From sequence record SRR22947725_333: a stretch of DNA of 64,000 nucleotides. One strand, given 5' to 3'. A model generated the notes under the pieces. The model ran no database searches and was not told where the DNA came from. It saw nothing but the letters and a program-made list of their open reading frames with translations. The position numbers and the translations under genes were made by a program. How positions within the stretch are numbered: the stretch's first letter is position 1; each line of letters starts with the position of its first letter. Positions 47,530 through 57,563 of this stretch are shown here, in pieces.

Positions 47530-47577
47530 TGCCTTTCTAATGGCCGAAGAGTAAGAACTCTCACATAGTCTTGAATC

Positions 47578-48465
47578 ATGGACCTAGACGGCGAACTGAC
47601 TGGCTTTGCAGGCCATCTAGCGTCCCGTGGAACTAGCAGTAACACTCAAAAGGCTTACCTCTCGGACCTGCGAGACCTACTGGGCTTCCTTCACGATAAA
47701 AAGCGCGATCTCGACCTTGACGCACTTCGCGATTGGATGTGGCAAATGAGCGAAGCCGGTGCCACAAAAACCACGCTCGCCAGAAAGACCTCGACCGCAA
47801 AAGCCTTCACGCAGTACCTCTTTGAAAGAGGGAAGCTCGAATCCGATCCTGGCCTGAGGCTCAGGGCGCCAAAGCTCGATAGGGGACTTCCAAAGGTTGC
47901 AACTGAGAAGAGCCTGGATGAGGTTTTTAGTCGGCTCCAGTTCTTGGCCACTGACGACAACCCCTCGGGAATTAGAGACCTGTGTGCATTTGAACTTCTC
48001 TATGCCACCGGAATGAGAGTTAGCGAGCTTGCAGGTGTAGACCTTGAAGACATCGACTACTCGAGGTCGCTGGTTCGGGTCACCGGAAAAGGAAATAAGC
48101 AGCGAATGCTGCCTTTTGGTAGCTCTGCGGCTCGGGCCATAACTTCCTGGGTCAAGACCGGCAGAGATCAGTACCGCACTGATTCTTCACCGCAGGCACT
48201 GCTGTTGACCTCTAGGGGCAAGAGGGTGGGAGTTAGGCAGCTTTACTCACTTGTCGCGGAGCAGCTAGCTGGCACTGCCACCGGAAAAGCCGGCCCCCAC
48301 ACCCTGAGACACTCTGCAGCTACTCATCTCCTGGACCATGGTGCCGACCTGAGGGCAGTCCAAGAGATTCTTGGTCACGCTTCCCTGGCCACCACCCAGA
48401 TTTATACGCACGTCTCGGTTGACAGGCTGAGAAAGTCATTTGAGCAGGCACACCCAAGGGCCTAA
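47578..48465 (+). CDS. xerC: Tyrosine recombinase XerC
   Basis: LYATGMRVSEL, GKGNKQR, HTLRHSAATHLL, LGHASLATTQIYTH; core position after dprA. Confidence 0.9.
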   Translation: MDLDGELTGFAGHLASRGTSSNTQKAYLSDLRDLLGFLHDKKRDLDLDALRDWMWQMSEAGATKTTLARKTSTAKAFTQYLFERGKLESDPGLRLRAPKLDRGLPKVATEKSLDEVFSRLQFLATDDNPSGIRDLCAFELLYATGMRVSELAGVDLEDIDYSRSLVRVTGKGNKQRMLPFGSSAARAITSWVKTGRDQYRTDSSPQALLLTSRGKRVGVRQLYSLVAEQLAGTATGKAGPHTLRHSAATHLLDHGADLRAVQEILGHASLATTQIYTHVSVDRLRKSFEQAHPRA

Positions 48466-48938
48466 CTGACTATTTTGCTCGGCATCAGCTGCCCAAAGAA
48501 CAGCAAGGGATTCAGGTAGCCCCTTTGAACCCGAACAGACAGGTGCATGCACCCTTCGCAATGCTCTTTATAGCCAGCCTCACCCTCGCATAAGTAGCCC
48601 ACTAGCTCTCCCTGCTCAATCGGCTGCCCAGTAACGAGATCGCTGCAGACGGGCTCAAAGCTGATGCGATAGTCACCAGAACGAATTGTTGCTACCCGCC
48701 TGTCGACGACTAGGTCATTGAAGCGCACGAACCCGACTTGCGGAGCCCGAATACCCTCGTCTCCCACGAGCACATCAAGACCCCTGTGACCAGGACCCCT
48801 CTCGGAGTGAGGAGCGATGTAGTTGCCCATTTGTTTGTCCAGAAAGTAGGGGATGGGCTCGGCCCAGATTTCAGGGGCCGGCAGTGAGGAGGTGAAAAGG
48901 CCAAAGATGACCTTGATTGCAAGAGCGAATTTGAACAT
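48462..48938 (-). CDS. Secreted M23-peptidase-like protein
   Basis: N-terminal signal-like segment, GHRGLD, CMHLSVR...YLNPL; usual position between xerC and rpsB. Confidence 0.7.
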   Translation of the reverse strand: MFKFALAIKVIFGLFTSSLPAPEIWAEPIPYFLDKQMGNYIAPHSERGPGHRGLDVLVGDEGIRAPQVGFVRFNDLVVDRRVATIRSGDYRISFEPVCSDLVTGQPIEQGELVGYLCEGEAGYKEHCEGCMHLSVRVQRGYLNPLLFFGQLMPSKIVS

Positions 48939-48990
48939 CTGTCAATGCAATCCAAATGCTCTAAAGAGCGCTTGAGCAGATAGAAATAAG

Positions 48991-49174
48991 TGGAAAAGCC
49001 CCTAAATCGCGGGTATGCTTACTCCTACACATCGATTCGGTGTGAATTCGCGTGTTCCAACAAAATTCGCTAGCTCGGTCCCTTCGGGGTTCTAGGGAAT
49101 TGGAATGCCAGGGAGATGGGCAACCGCTCATTTCAAGAAACTGAGGGGCGCATTTGCGTCCAAAGGAGTGCCTT
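48991..49174 (+). promoter_or_regulatory. rpsB promoter and structured leader (t44/S2-leader-like)
   Basis: GTGGAA-17 nt-TATGCT (49014-49019); about 150-nt leader with hairpins CACATCG-ATT-CGGTGTG, CCC-TTCG-GGG inside TTCCAA/TTGGAA, and GGGCGCA-TT-TGCGTCC just before the AAGGAG SD. Confidence 0.65.
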
Positions 49175-50209
49175 ATGGCAAGCGTAACAATGCGCCAGCT
49201 ACTTGATGCTGGCGTCCACTTCGGTCACCAGACCCGCAGGTGGAACCCGAAGATGAAGCGTCACATTCTGACCGATCGTTCGGGCATCTACATCATCGAT
49301 CTACAGCAGTCAGTCGACTACATCGACCAGGCCTATAACTTCGTTCGCGACCTTGTCGCGAACGGTGGCTCAATCATGTTCGTCGGAACCAAGAAGCAGG
49401 CCCAGGAGGCCATTGCCACTGAGGCACTGCGCGTGGGCCAGCCCTACATCAACCAGCGCTGGTTGGGTGGACTGCTAACTAACTTTTCAACCGTCGCCAA
49501 GCGAATTTCTCGCATGAAGGAGCTCGAGGCACTTGACTTCGAGGATCCAGCCAAGTCGGGCCTCACCAAGAAGGAACTGCTCATGCTCAAGCGTGAGAAG
49601 GACAAGCTTGAGAAGTCCCTGGGCGGTATTCGCAACGTCACCAAGACTCCAAGTGCGCTCTGGATTGTTGACACCAACAAGGAGCACCTTGCAGTCACCG
49701 AGGCCAAGAAGCTGGGCATCCCAGTAATCGCCATCCTCGACACCAACTGTGACCCGGACGACGTTGAGATCGGCATCCCCGGTAACGACGACGCAATCCG
49801 CTCCATCGAGCTTTTGACCAAGGTAATTGCCGACGCGGCAGCCGATGGCATGATTGCCCGCCACACCAAGACCGATGCTGAGGCAGAGCCACTAGCCGAG
49901 TGGGAGCGCGAGCTTCTAGAAGGCCAGAAGGAAGAGCCAAAGGCAGACGCTCCAGCAGCTGAGAAGGCAGCCGAGAAGGCTCCTGCCAAGGCAGCTGCAA
50001 AGCCTGCCGCAGAGAAGAAGGCTCCTGCAAAAAAGGCCCCAGCCAAGGCTCCTGCTAAGCCGGCAGCCGAGAAGGCTCCTGCCACAGCAGCTGCAAAGCC
50101 TACCGAGAAGGCACCGGCTAAGAAGCCAGCGGCAAAGCCTGCCGCAGAGAAGAAGGCCCCTGCAAAGAAGGCCCCAGCAAAGACTGCAGAGAAGAAGGAC
50201 GAGAAGTAA
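49175..50209 (+). CDS. rpsB: 30S ribosomal protein S2 with Lys/Ala/Pro-rich tail
   Basis: [51 protein letters not shown]; start ATG 49175 after AAGGAG. Confidence 0.98.
   Translation: MASVTMRQLLDAGVHFGHQTRRWNPKMKRHILTDRSGIYIIDLQQSVDYIDQAYNFVRDLVANGGSIMFVGTKKQAQEAIATEALRVGQPYINQRWLGGLLTNFSTVAKRISRMKELEALDFEDPAKSGLTKKELLMLKREKDKLEKSLGGIRNVTKTPSALWIVDTNKEHLAVTEAKKLGIPVIAILDTNCDPDDVEIGIPGNDDAIRSIELLTKVIADAAADGMIARHTKTDAEAEPLAEWERELLEGQKEEPKADAPAAEKAAEKAPAKAAAKPAAEKKAPAKKAPAKAPAKPAAEKAPATAAAKPTEKAPAKKPAAKPAAEKKAPAKKAPAKTAEKKDEK
49967..50182 (+). repeat. Imperfect direct repeats encoding the [13 protein letters not shown] tail of S2
   Basis: GCAAAGCCTGCCGCAGAGAAGAAGGC at 49997-50022 and 50132-50157; GCAGCCGAGAAGGCTCCTGCCA at 49967-49988 and 50063-50084. 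Confidence 0.85.
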
Positions 50210-51037
50210 ATGGCTAACTACACCGCAGCAGACGTAAAGGCGCTTCGCGACAAGTCCGGCGCCGGAATGATGGACTGCAAGGGAGCTCTTGACGAGGCAG
50301 ATGGCGACATCGAAAAGGCCTTTGAGGTCCTTCGCCTAAAGGGACTCAAGGGAGTATCCAAGCGCGAGGGCCGCACCACTACCAATGGCCTTGTTGTAGC
50401 CAGGGTCGCAGGTGGCAAGGGAACTCTTATTGAGCTTGCTTGCGAAACTGACTTCGTTGCAAAGGCCGAGAACTTCGTTGCCCTAGCCGAAGAGGTAGCG
50501 GATGCTGTTGTGGCATCTGGTGCTTCGGATGTTGAGTCTGCGCTTGCAGCTTCTCACGGCGGCGGAACCGTTGCAGATGCCATTACCGACAAGGCCGCGA
50601 TCATGGGCGAGAAGGTTGAGCTGCGCAGGGTTGCAGTAGTTGAGGCCAGTGGCGTTGACGCATACCTGCACCGCACCAGCCGCGACCTACCACCCCAGGT
50701 TGGCGTCTTGCTAGGTTACGAGGGCTCGGACAGCGACACCGCACACGACATCGCCGTGCACATCGCTGCGTTTAGCCCCCAGTACCTAACCCGTGACGAT
50801 GTTCCAGCCGAAGTTGTTGCCAAGGAGCGCGAAATCGCCGAGGCAACCGCTCGCGATGAGGGCAAGCCAGAGGCTGCCCTGCCAAAGATCGTCGAGGGAA
50901 GAGTCAACGGCTTCTTCAAGGAGACCTGCCTCTTCGATCAGGACTTCGCAAAGGACAACAAGCAGAGTGTAGGAAAGGTTGCTGAGGCAGCAGGCCTTAA
51001 GCTGACCGGCTTCGTGCGCTTCCGCGTTGGCGTCTAA
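50210..51037 (+). CDS. tsf: Elongation factor Ts
   Basis: VKALRDKSGAGMMDCK, ELACETDFVA, KIVEGR. Confidence 0.98.
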   Translation: MANYTAADVKALRDKSGAGMMDCKGALDEADGDIEKAFEVLRLKGLKGVSKREGRTTTNGLVVARVAGGKGTLIELACETDFVAKAENFVALAEEVADAVVASGASDVESALAASHGGGTVADAITDKAAIMGEKVELRRVAVVEASGVDAYLHRTSRDLPPQVGVLLGYEGSDSDTAHDIAVHIAAFSPQYLTRDDVPAEVVAKEREIAEATARDEGKPEAALPKIVEGRVNGFFKETCLFDQDFAKDNKQSVGKVAEAAGLKLTGFVRFRVGV

Positions 51038-51054
51038 ATAAAGCAATTTAGGTT

Positions 51055-51090
51055 GTGGGCTCGGTGAATGCCGGGCCCACTTCGCTTTTT
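51055..51090 (+). terminator. Intrinsic terminator after tsf
   Basis: Stem GTGGGCTCGG / CCGGGCCCAC with 6-nt loop, followed by TTCGCTTTTT. Confidence 0.8.
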
Positions 51091-51128
51091 CCGCTCTAGT
51101 ATTGTCTTTGGCTAAATCTGGAGGTGCC

Positions 51129-51830
51129 ATGGCTAATAAAAAGCGCAGAGTACTGCTCAAAATCTCCGGAGAGGCTTTTGGTGGAGGGTCCCTGGGGGTA
51201 AACCCAGATGTGGTCTCCGAGATTGCCAAAGAGATTGCTAAGGCCTCCAAAGAGGTAGAGATCGCAATTGTCGTCGGCGGTGGCAACTTCTTTAGGGGAG
51301 CGGAGCTATCAAACCGAGGCATGGACCGCGGCAGGGCCGACTACATGGGCATGCTGGGCACAGTTATGAATGCCCTCGCCCTGCAAGACTTTATTGAGCA
51401 GGCCGGCGCTGACGTAAGAGTTCAAACGGCCATCTCAATGGCCCAGGTCGCGGAGCCCTACCTACCCTTGAGAGCCATCAGGCACCTCGAAAAGGGCAGA
51501 ATCGTAATCTTCGGAGCCGGAGCCGGGCTCCCTTACTTCTCCACCGACACCGTTGCCGCTCAGCGGGCGCTCGAGATTCACGCGGATGAGGTGCTTGTTG
51601 CCAAGAATGGTGTGGACGGTGTCTATTCGGCAGACCCCAAGAAGGACCCCGCAGCCAAGAAGCTCGGTGAGATCAGCTACCAGGAGGCGTTGGTCCAGGG
51701 CCTAAAGGTCGTCGATGCAACGGCGTTCTCTTTGTGCATGGACAACAAGATGCCGATGCGAGTTTTTGGAATGGCCGACATCACCAAGGCCCTGCTTGGC
51801 AAGGCAATTGGCACCAAGGTTCGGGCATAG
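51129..51830 (+). CDS. pyrH: UMP kinase
   Basis: [33 protein letters not shown]; start ATG 51129 after GGAGG. Confidence 0.97.
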   Translation: MANKKRRVLLKISGEAFGGGSLGVNPDVVSEIAKEIAKASKEVEIAIVVGGGNFFRGAELSNRGMDRGRADYMGMLGTVMNALALQDFIEQAGADVRVQTAISMAQVAEPYLPLRAIRHLEKGRIVIFGAGAGLPYFSTDTVAAQRALEIHADEVLVAKNGVDGVYSADPKKDPAAKKLGEISYQEALVQGLKVVDATAFSLCMDNKMPMRVFGMADITKALLGKAIGTKVRA

Positions 51831-51845
51831 AAGGAGCAGAGCTAA

Positions 51846-52406
51846 ATGATTCAAGACGTGATGGCCGAGGCCAAGGACAAGATGGACAAGGCACTCGAAG
51901 CCACAAAAGAAGACTTTGCCTCAGTACGAACTGGCAGGGCCAACCCCGCGATGTTCCAAAAGATCATGATTGAGTACTACGGCACACCAACTCCGCTTTC
52001 GCAGCTTGCGGGCATTCAAAACCCAGAAGCCCGATCTATCCTCATTACTCCTTACGACAAGGCAGCCCTCTCGGACATCGAGAAGGCCCTGCTAGCCATG
52101 CCAAACCTCGGTGCTCAACCAAACTCGGACGGTAACGTGATCCGCGTGAATCTTCCTGAGCTCACCGAGGACAGGCGCAAAGAATACGTCAAGCTAACCC
52201 GTGACAAGGCCGAGCAGGGCAGAGTCTCGGTTAGGAACATCAGGCGCAAAGCCAAGGAAGACCTTGAGGCCCTAAAGAAAGACGGAGCTGTAGGGGAGGA
52301 CGAGGTCGAAAGAGCCGAAAAAGAGCTCGAGGCCGTCACCAAGGCTCATGTCGACAAGATTGACGAGGCCCTGAAGAACAAGGAAGCGGAGCTCCTAGAG
52401 GTCTAG
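51846..52406 (+). CDS. frr: Ribosome recycling factor
   Basis: [32 protein letters not shown]. Confidence 0.98.
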   Translation: MIQDVMAEAKDKMDKALEATKEDFASVRTGRANPAMFQKIMIEYYGTPTPLSQLAGIQNPEARSILITPYDKAALSDIEKALLAMPNLGAQPNSDGNVIRVNLPELTEDRRKEYVKLTRDKAEQGRVSVRNIRRKAKEDLEALKKDGAVGEDEVERAEKELEAVTKAHVDKIDEALKNKEAELLEV

Positions 52407-53228
52407 TTGGATAGCTCTAAAACCAGAACTTTAGGACCTAGGTTCGCCGTTGGCTTGAGCCTCGGCGGGGTATTTCTACTCTCTTTGCTGCATCCATTCG
52501 CATTCACCTCTTTCGCAGCCATTTCAACGGCAATTGCGACCTTCGAGCTCGCGAGAGTACTGCGCCTGGCGGGTTGGCATGTTCCAGCTGGAGCTGCACT
52601 GGCAGCTCCGACGATCGTTTACGCAACCTATTTCTATGGAACCCTCGGGCAGTGGTTTTCGCTGCTGGGCTCGCTTGGGCTTTTGGTCATCTGGAGACTT
52701 GTTTCGCTTTTGATTGTTGGTAAGCAGCAGAGTCCGAAACAGACACTGCGAGACTTCGGGGCAACCGGCTTCTCGCTTGTTTATGTGCCACTGCTTCTTA
52801 GCTATGCGGCTCTACTTATAAATCAGGACGATGGCACGGCATGGGTTCTCGGGATAGTAATCACGGTTGCGATGATAGACAGCTTTGGCTATCTCGTCGG
52901 AAGATTTTTTGGCAAGACCAAGCTCATCCCCAGTATTAGCCCGAAGAAGACCTGGGAGGGTTTCCTGGCATCCGCACTCGGTGCGCTGCTCGGCGGGGTA
53001 ATTCTCGGGCAGTTAACAGAAACGTCACTTGGCTTTGCTTTACTGTTTGGCATAAGCATTCTGGTGAGTTCGGTTCTCGGGGATCTTTCGGAGTCACTCA
53101 TCAAGAGAGATTTGAATGTGAAGGACATGGGGGACGTTCTTCCGGGACACGGAGGGTTTATGGATCGCATCGACTCTCTCCTGCCCTCGGTCTTTGTCGC
53201 ATACCTCCTAGCCCAAGTAGCCTTCTAA
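52407..53228 (+). CDS. cdsA: Phosphatidate cytidylyltransferase
   Basis: ISPKKTWEG, GDLSESLIKR..NVKD.G.VLPGHGGFMDRIDS. Confidence 0.95.
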   Translation: MDSSKTRTLGPRFAVGLSLGGVFLLSLLHPFAFTSFAAISTAIATFELARVLRLAGWHVPAGAALAAPTIVYATYFYGTLGQWFSLLGSLGLLVIWRLVSLLIVGKQQSPKQTLRDFGATGFSLVYVPLLLSYAALLINQDDGTAWVLGIVITVAMIDSFGYLVGRFFGKTKLIPSISPKKTWEGFLASALGALLGGVILGQLTETSLGFALLFGISILVSSVLGDLSESLIKRDLNVKDMGDVLPGHGGFMDRIDSLLPSVFVAYLLAQVAF

Positions 53229-53767
53229 TGGCTTTAGAGCGGGTTTCCAACACGGTTCTGGGCTATGACTCGGAGCAGGTTGATGCCCTTCTTGACAGAG
53301 TTCGCAGGCAATACGAGAAACCAAAGAGCAGGTTCATCACCCCGGCGATGCTGGCCTCGGTGGAGTTCGACCTTGCGCCGGGTGGCTATCGCATCGACCA
53401 GACCGATGCTGCCCTGGCAGAGGTCGCGATTGAATTTGAACACCGCGAGCTCAAAGCCCGACTGGAACGGATTGGAACCAAGCGTTTTGGAGCCGAGACA
53501 AGAAGCCTCATCGGCACGATCGTCAAGGTTTTGAGCCAAGACGAGAAAAAGCAGTTCAGCCCGGCCAGAAACGGTTACCACCCAAAACGAGTGCGCGAAA
53601 TTCTAAGGAAGCTAGTTGTGCAGGAGGGTCTCCTGAGTGCCCCAAGCCCCAGTGAACTCAAGACCGCACCGCTTGGAAGAAAGAACGGCGGGCCGGCCAG
53701 GTTTGAGGTAAACGAGTTTTTGGGCATTGTTGTTAGTGTCATCCAGCGCCAGGAGCTAGTGCGGTAA
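53228..53767 (+). CDS. DivIVA-domain repeat protein
   Basis: Repeated GY...QVDALL / GYRIDQTDAAL motifs. Confidence 0.75.
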   Translation: MALERVSNTVLGYDSEQVDALLDRVRRQYEKPKSRFITPAMLASVEFDLAPGGYRIDQTDAALAEVAIEFEHRELKARLERIGTKRFGAETRSLIGTIVKVLSQDEKKQFSPARNGYHPKRVREILRKLVVQEGLLSAPSPSELKTAPLGRKNGGPARFEVNEFLGIVVSVIQRQELVR

Positions 53768-53805
53768 AGACCGTAAGCGAATAGGCTTAAGTCTCTTGGA
53801 GGCAA

Positions 53806-54387
53806 ATGGCTAAGCACGCGAAGGTATCTAAAGGCCGAGGACGAGGTTTATTTGTCCTTGGCTACTTTTTCGTAGCCTCCCTGGTGATGGTCTCAGCCGT
53901 CGATCCCTACTCCGGAACCATAGCTTCTGCGAACTCGGTTGACACCTACGACCAGCCACTCGTCACCTACCAGTCCCTCCAGTTAGTCCCGTTGAGCGCG
54001 GTTGATTATGGACGCGGCAGCTTTGAGGTACTCACTGGTGAACAGGCGCGTCCGATCACCGTCAAGCGCGCGCCAACTCCAGAGACCGGGAGCGTCAAGG
54101 CATTTGCTTTGAGTCAGGTCGAATCAAAGGGCTGGGATTATGACCAGTTCTCCTGCCTTGTAAAGCTGTGGGAGCGCGAGAGCAACTGGCGCTGGAATGC
54201 CACAAATAAGTCCTCCGGTGCCTACGGCATCCCGCAGTCGCTTCCGGCGACCAAGATGGCAAAGGCGGGAGCTGACTGGAGAACAAATCCCGAGACCCAG
54301 GTTCGCTGGGGCATTGGCTATATCGACGGCAGGTATGGATCGCCTTGTGCAGCCTTGGTGCACTCTGACGAGCACAACTGGTACTAA
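53806..54387 (+). CDS. Secreted lytic transglycosylase-domain protein
   Basis: CLVKLWERESNW...SSGAYGIPQSLP...TNPETQVRWG..YI.GRYGSPC...WY. Confidence 0.85.
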   Translation: MAKHAKVSKGRGRGLFVLGYFFVASLVMVSAVDPYSGTIASANSVDTYDQPLVTYQSLQLVPLSAVDYGRGSFEVLTGEQARPITVKRAPTPETGSVKAFALSQVESKGWDYDQFSCLVKLWERESNWRWNATNKSSGAYGIPQSLPATKMAKAGADWRTNPETQVRWGIGYIDGRYGSPCAALVHSDEHNWY

Positions 54388-54683
54388 TGGCTAGGGGCAA
54401 AAAACGTCGCGGAGCTCCAAAGCGCGAGTACGAAGAGCTTGATGTCACGAGATTGAGAATGTCCATCCCTCACACCGAGCAAAAGCGTGGGGGAGAGTTT
54501 CAAGTCCAGCAGACCATGGGCTCTAACGCCGAAGAGGGAAAGACCTGGATCTGTCCAGTTTGTGTGGTTCTCATAGAGCCAGGGGTGGTTCACACCGTGG
54601 CCTGGGATATCCACCGCGGGGTTCAATCCAGGCGCCACTTCCATAACCACTGCTGGAAGCTCTTTGATGGGATTCTTCCCTGA
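54387..54683 (+). CDS. Conserved actinobacterial small protein, putative Zn-binding
   Basis: WICPVC...HTVAW...RRHFHNHCW; coupled to both neighbours by 1-nt overlaps. Confidence 0.75.
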   Translation: MARGKKRRGAPKREYEELDVTRLRMSIPHTEQKRGGEFQVQQTMGSNAEEGKTWICPVCVVLIEPGVVHTVAWDIHRGVQSRRHFHNHCWKLFDGILP

Positions 54684-55387
54684 TGGAGATCACCTCAAAC
54701 ACTGTCCTTCCGGCAACGCGAGAAGACATCGAACTTCACACCGCAGATGGCCAGGTCCTGGTTGGCGAGCTGGCTCTTCCCGAGTCTGGAACCCCCACGG
54801 CAACGCTCATTACATTGCATCCGCTTCCGACCCACGGCGGGTTTATGGACTCTCACGTCCTCCGCAAAGCCGCTAATCGCCTTCCTAAGCTTGCAAACCT
54901 TGCAGTTATTCGGTTCAACACCCGCGGCACATCATCGCCCCGAGGAGCCTCAACCGGCAGTTTCGACGGCGGTGTCCTAGAGCAGCACGATGTGGCGGCC
55001 GCAGTTGAATTTGCCAAGAGTCGAGGGCTGACGAACCTATGGCTCGTTGGTTGGTCCTTTGGCACTGAGCTTGCGATCAAGTACGGACCAGACCACGAAA
55101 TCTCGGGCGCAATTTTGCTCTCACCACCACTTCACAGAGCAAGCGAAGCCGATCTATTGCGCTGGAATGAGTTTGCTAGACCACTAATTGCCTTTGTGCC
55201 GGAGCTGGATGAGTTCCTGAAGCCAAAGGAGGCGGCCGAGCGATTCGCTCTAGTCCCGCATGCCAAGGTGCTGGCATTCGACGGAGAAAAACATCTTTGG
55301 GTGGGGGAAAGTGCGACCAGAAGGGTGCTCAACCAGATTGTTCAAGAGGTAAACCCCTCGGTTGGAACTCTCCCTACAAGCCTTTAG
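54683..55387 (+). CDS. Alpha/beta hydrolase
   Basis: HPLPTHGGFMDS, RFNTRG, GWSFG nucleophile elbow, KHLW. Confidence 0.88.
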   Translation: MEITSNTVLPATREDIELHTADGQVLVGELALPESGTPTATLITLHPLPTHGGFMDSHVLRKAANRLPKLANLAVIRFNTRGTSSPRGASTGSFDGGVLEQHDVAAAVEFAKSRGLTNLWLVGWSFGTELAIKYGPDHEISGAILLSPPLHRASEADLLRWNEFARPLIAFVPELDEFLKPKEAAERFALVPHAKVLAFDGEKHLWVGESATRRVLNQIVQEVNPSVGTLPTSL

Positions 55388-56436
55388 CGCAGCTGCTGGG
55401 TTGGCATCCAAACCTCGCGGATAATCAGCAAGATTGATGCCGCGACTGGAATAGCAATTAGCGCCCCGAGGATTCCCATCAGCGTGCCACCCATCAGGGC
55501 AGCAATCACAACTATGGAAGCTGGTACTGAAACAGCACGCTTCATGACCCTTGGGCTAATTAGGTAGGCCTCGACCTGGAGGTAAACCAGGTAGTAGATA
55601 ACTGCCCAGAGGGCATAGCTCGAGCCTGAGAGGTAACTCACACCAACAACCAGCAAGCCTGCCGATGCGGGACCAACCAGCGGAATAAGGGCCAGCAAGA
55701 AGGCGGCAAGGCTCAGAAGAAGTGAGTACTGAGAGCCAACAATTGTCAAAAAGATAAACAGAACGGTGGCGTGAAGGAGTGCCACTGAGGTTTGTCCCAT
55801 AACCCAACGACCCACCGAGAGTGCGACCTGGTCAGTAAGTTTCTTAAACCGCTCACGCTTCGAGGCCGCGGTAAGTCTGGAGAGGTACTCCTTCATGGGC
55901 TCTAGCGACGCCATGAAGTAGATGCTCAGAATGACGACGATGATGAACCCGACCACACCACTTAGTACCCCAAAGCCAACCTGCAAGACTCCACCCAAAA
56001 GCGTCGGCCAGTTCGTTGTGTCAGTCAGGAATTCAAGTGCACCGTCAGCGACTGCCGTGATGTTTCCACCAAGCTGAGCATCCCAAGAGGAGATTAGGTC
56101 GTTGGAAACCACGTTTGTCACGATGGTTGGTATCCGATTAATAAGCTTTCCTGCTTCGGTCACAGCTGTCGGGATAATCGCCCAGAGCAAGAGAGCCACC
56201 GCGCCCAAGAAGCCCGCGATAACGATAATGACGGCAAGTGGCCTGGGAAGCTTCCACTTGGTCAGGGCCCGAACTATCGGATCCATGCCAAGTGCAATGA
56301 AGAGGGCTATTCCGATGTAGGTGAGGATGGTTGCGGTTTGGGTAACCGCAGCACCGATAAGGATTGCCGTGAGCACGCCGAGTCCACCAACCAGGCCAAC
56401 CTGGAAGGCATTTGTGACTCTCGCCCGCTGCTCCAT
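55384..56436 (-). CDS. AI-2E family transporter
   Basis: Multi-TM; LIPLVGP, QVEAYLISPRVM, GILGALIAIP. Confidence 0.9.
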   Translation of the reverse strand: MEQRARVTNAFQVGLVGGLGVLTAILIGAAVTQTATILTYIGIALFIALGMDPIVRALTKWKLPRPLAVIIVIAGFLGAVALLLWAIIPTAVTEAGKLINRIPTIVTNVVSNDLISSWDAQLGGNITAVADGALEFLTDTTNWPTLLGGVLQVGFGVLSGVVGFIIVVILSIYFMASLEPMKEYLSRLTAASKRERFKKLTDQVALSVGRWVMGQTSVALLHATVLFIFLTIVGSQYSLLLSLAAFLLALIPLVGPASAGLLVVGVSYLSGSSYALWAVIYYLVYLQVEAYLISPRVMKRAVSVPASIVVIAALMGGTLMGILGALIAIPVAASILLIIREVWMPTQQLR

Positions 56437-56440
56437 CGCG

Positions 56441-57499
56441 CTATTCCTTTTCTAGGTCTGCAACCACGCTACGCAGGTTTTCCAGATAAGTCTTGCTTGA
56501 CAGCACCTTGTTCTCAAGCTCGGCAAGCTCTGCCTTGGCATTTCTCACGAGTTCTGCCGCCTCAGCCTGGGCACTAGAGCCTGTTGCAACCGCTTCAAGC
56601 TCGGCGGACCTGACCAGCGCTTCGGCCTTCTCTCTGGCCTCTGTAAGCATGCGCGACTGTGTCTTGGAGGTCTCAAGTTCGAGCGTTTCGACCTCGAGCC
56701 TGAGGGTCTTGGCAGCCTGCTTCAGGTCAGTAATGTCCTTTTGGGCCGACTCGAGATACTGCTGAGTCTGCAGCACGGCCTCGTTGTGCTTTGCAAGGTA
56801 TTCGGCCTCTGCCTCTTTCCTGCGCTGAGCAATCTGGGCCTCAAGTTCGGCCACCAACTTCTCCCGGACCTTGTCCTCTACTGAAATATCTGAGCTAAGG
56901 AGGTACTCCTTGGAGGCAAACCTTGCCTCTAGCTCCTGCTGCCTTGCTTCGAGTTCTCGTTTCGCGGTGGTGCGCATAGCCGCAATCTCCGTGGCGACCT
57001 GACCCCTTAGTCTGCCTGCCTCTACTTCAGCCGCACTCACTAGGGCAGTAGCACTGCGTTCTGCCTTTGCGATGAGCTGATCGGCCTCAATGCTGGCCTC
57101 TGAGATGCGCCTAGCTGAGCGGCGCTCTGCCGCATCTAGCTGTTCCTGATAGCGCCTCTCGACCTCTTCGGTCTTTGTAAGCAACTCAGCCTCGACGCTC
57201 TCGACGAGCTCCTGGGCCTCTTGTCGGGCCTTCTCACCGAGTTCAAGCGCAACCTGCTCGGCTGTGGAAAGAAGAGCGGATGCCTTTGTACCAAGGGCTG
57301 AGTAGCTGGGCTGAGTCCTTAGGCCAAGTTCCTGTTCGGTCTCCTGCAAACGCTGATTGAGCCTGAGAGTCTCGGCTTGAAGTTCGGCGTTTTGCTCCTT
57401 GAGCCTCACCAGCTCTGCGCTGAGGGCCTTGAGCTCTCGTTCGACAGGCTGAGGGTCATAGCCGCGACGGACAATCTCGAAGCGAGAATCTGCTGCCAA
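56441..57499 (-). CDS. Coiled-coil protein with DivIVA-like N-terminus (FilP-like)
   Basis: FEIVRRGYDP..VE, then long Ala/Glu/Arg heptad region with SYSALG break. Confidence 0.7.
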   Translation of the reverse strand: MAADSRFEIVRRGYDPQPVERELKALSAELVRLKEQNAELQAETLRLNQRLQETEQELGLRTQPSYSALGTKASALLSTAEQVALELGEKARQEAQELVESVEAELLTKTEEVERRYQEQLDAAERRSARRISEASIEADQLIAKAERSATALVSAAEVEAGRLRGQVATEIAAMRTTAKRELEARQQELEARFASKEYLLSSDISVEDKVREKLVAELEAQIAQRRKEAEAEYLAKHNEAVLQTQQYLESAQKDITDLKQAAKTLRLEVETLELETSKTQSRMLTEAREKAEALVRSAELEAVATGSSAQAEAAELVRNAKAELAELENKVLSSKTYLENLRSVVADLEKE

Positions 57500-57563
57500 G
57501 AGATAACCCCCGATGTGCGACTAAACTTTTGCGAGCTAGCAAAGTCTACTCGGAGCTAATCAC

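Noticed and set aside
47578-48465. Tyrosine recombinase as a possible phage or island integrase
   Set aside because: Size, motifs and the dprA-xerC-M23-rpsB context indicate housekeeping XerC; no att sites or cargo nearby
49444-50085. 213-aa Ala/Gly-rich minus-strand ORF
   Set aside because: Shadow of rpsB and its repeat tail
49967-50182. Direct repeats as a possible CRISPR array
   Set aside because: They lie inside rpsB coding sequence, have no unique spacers of constant length, and no cas genes are present
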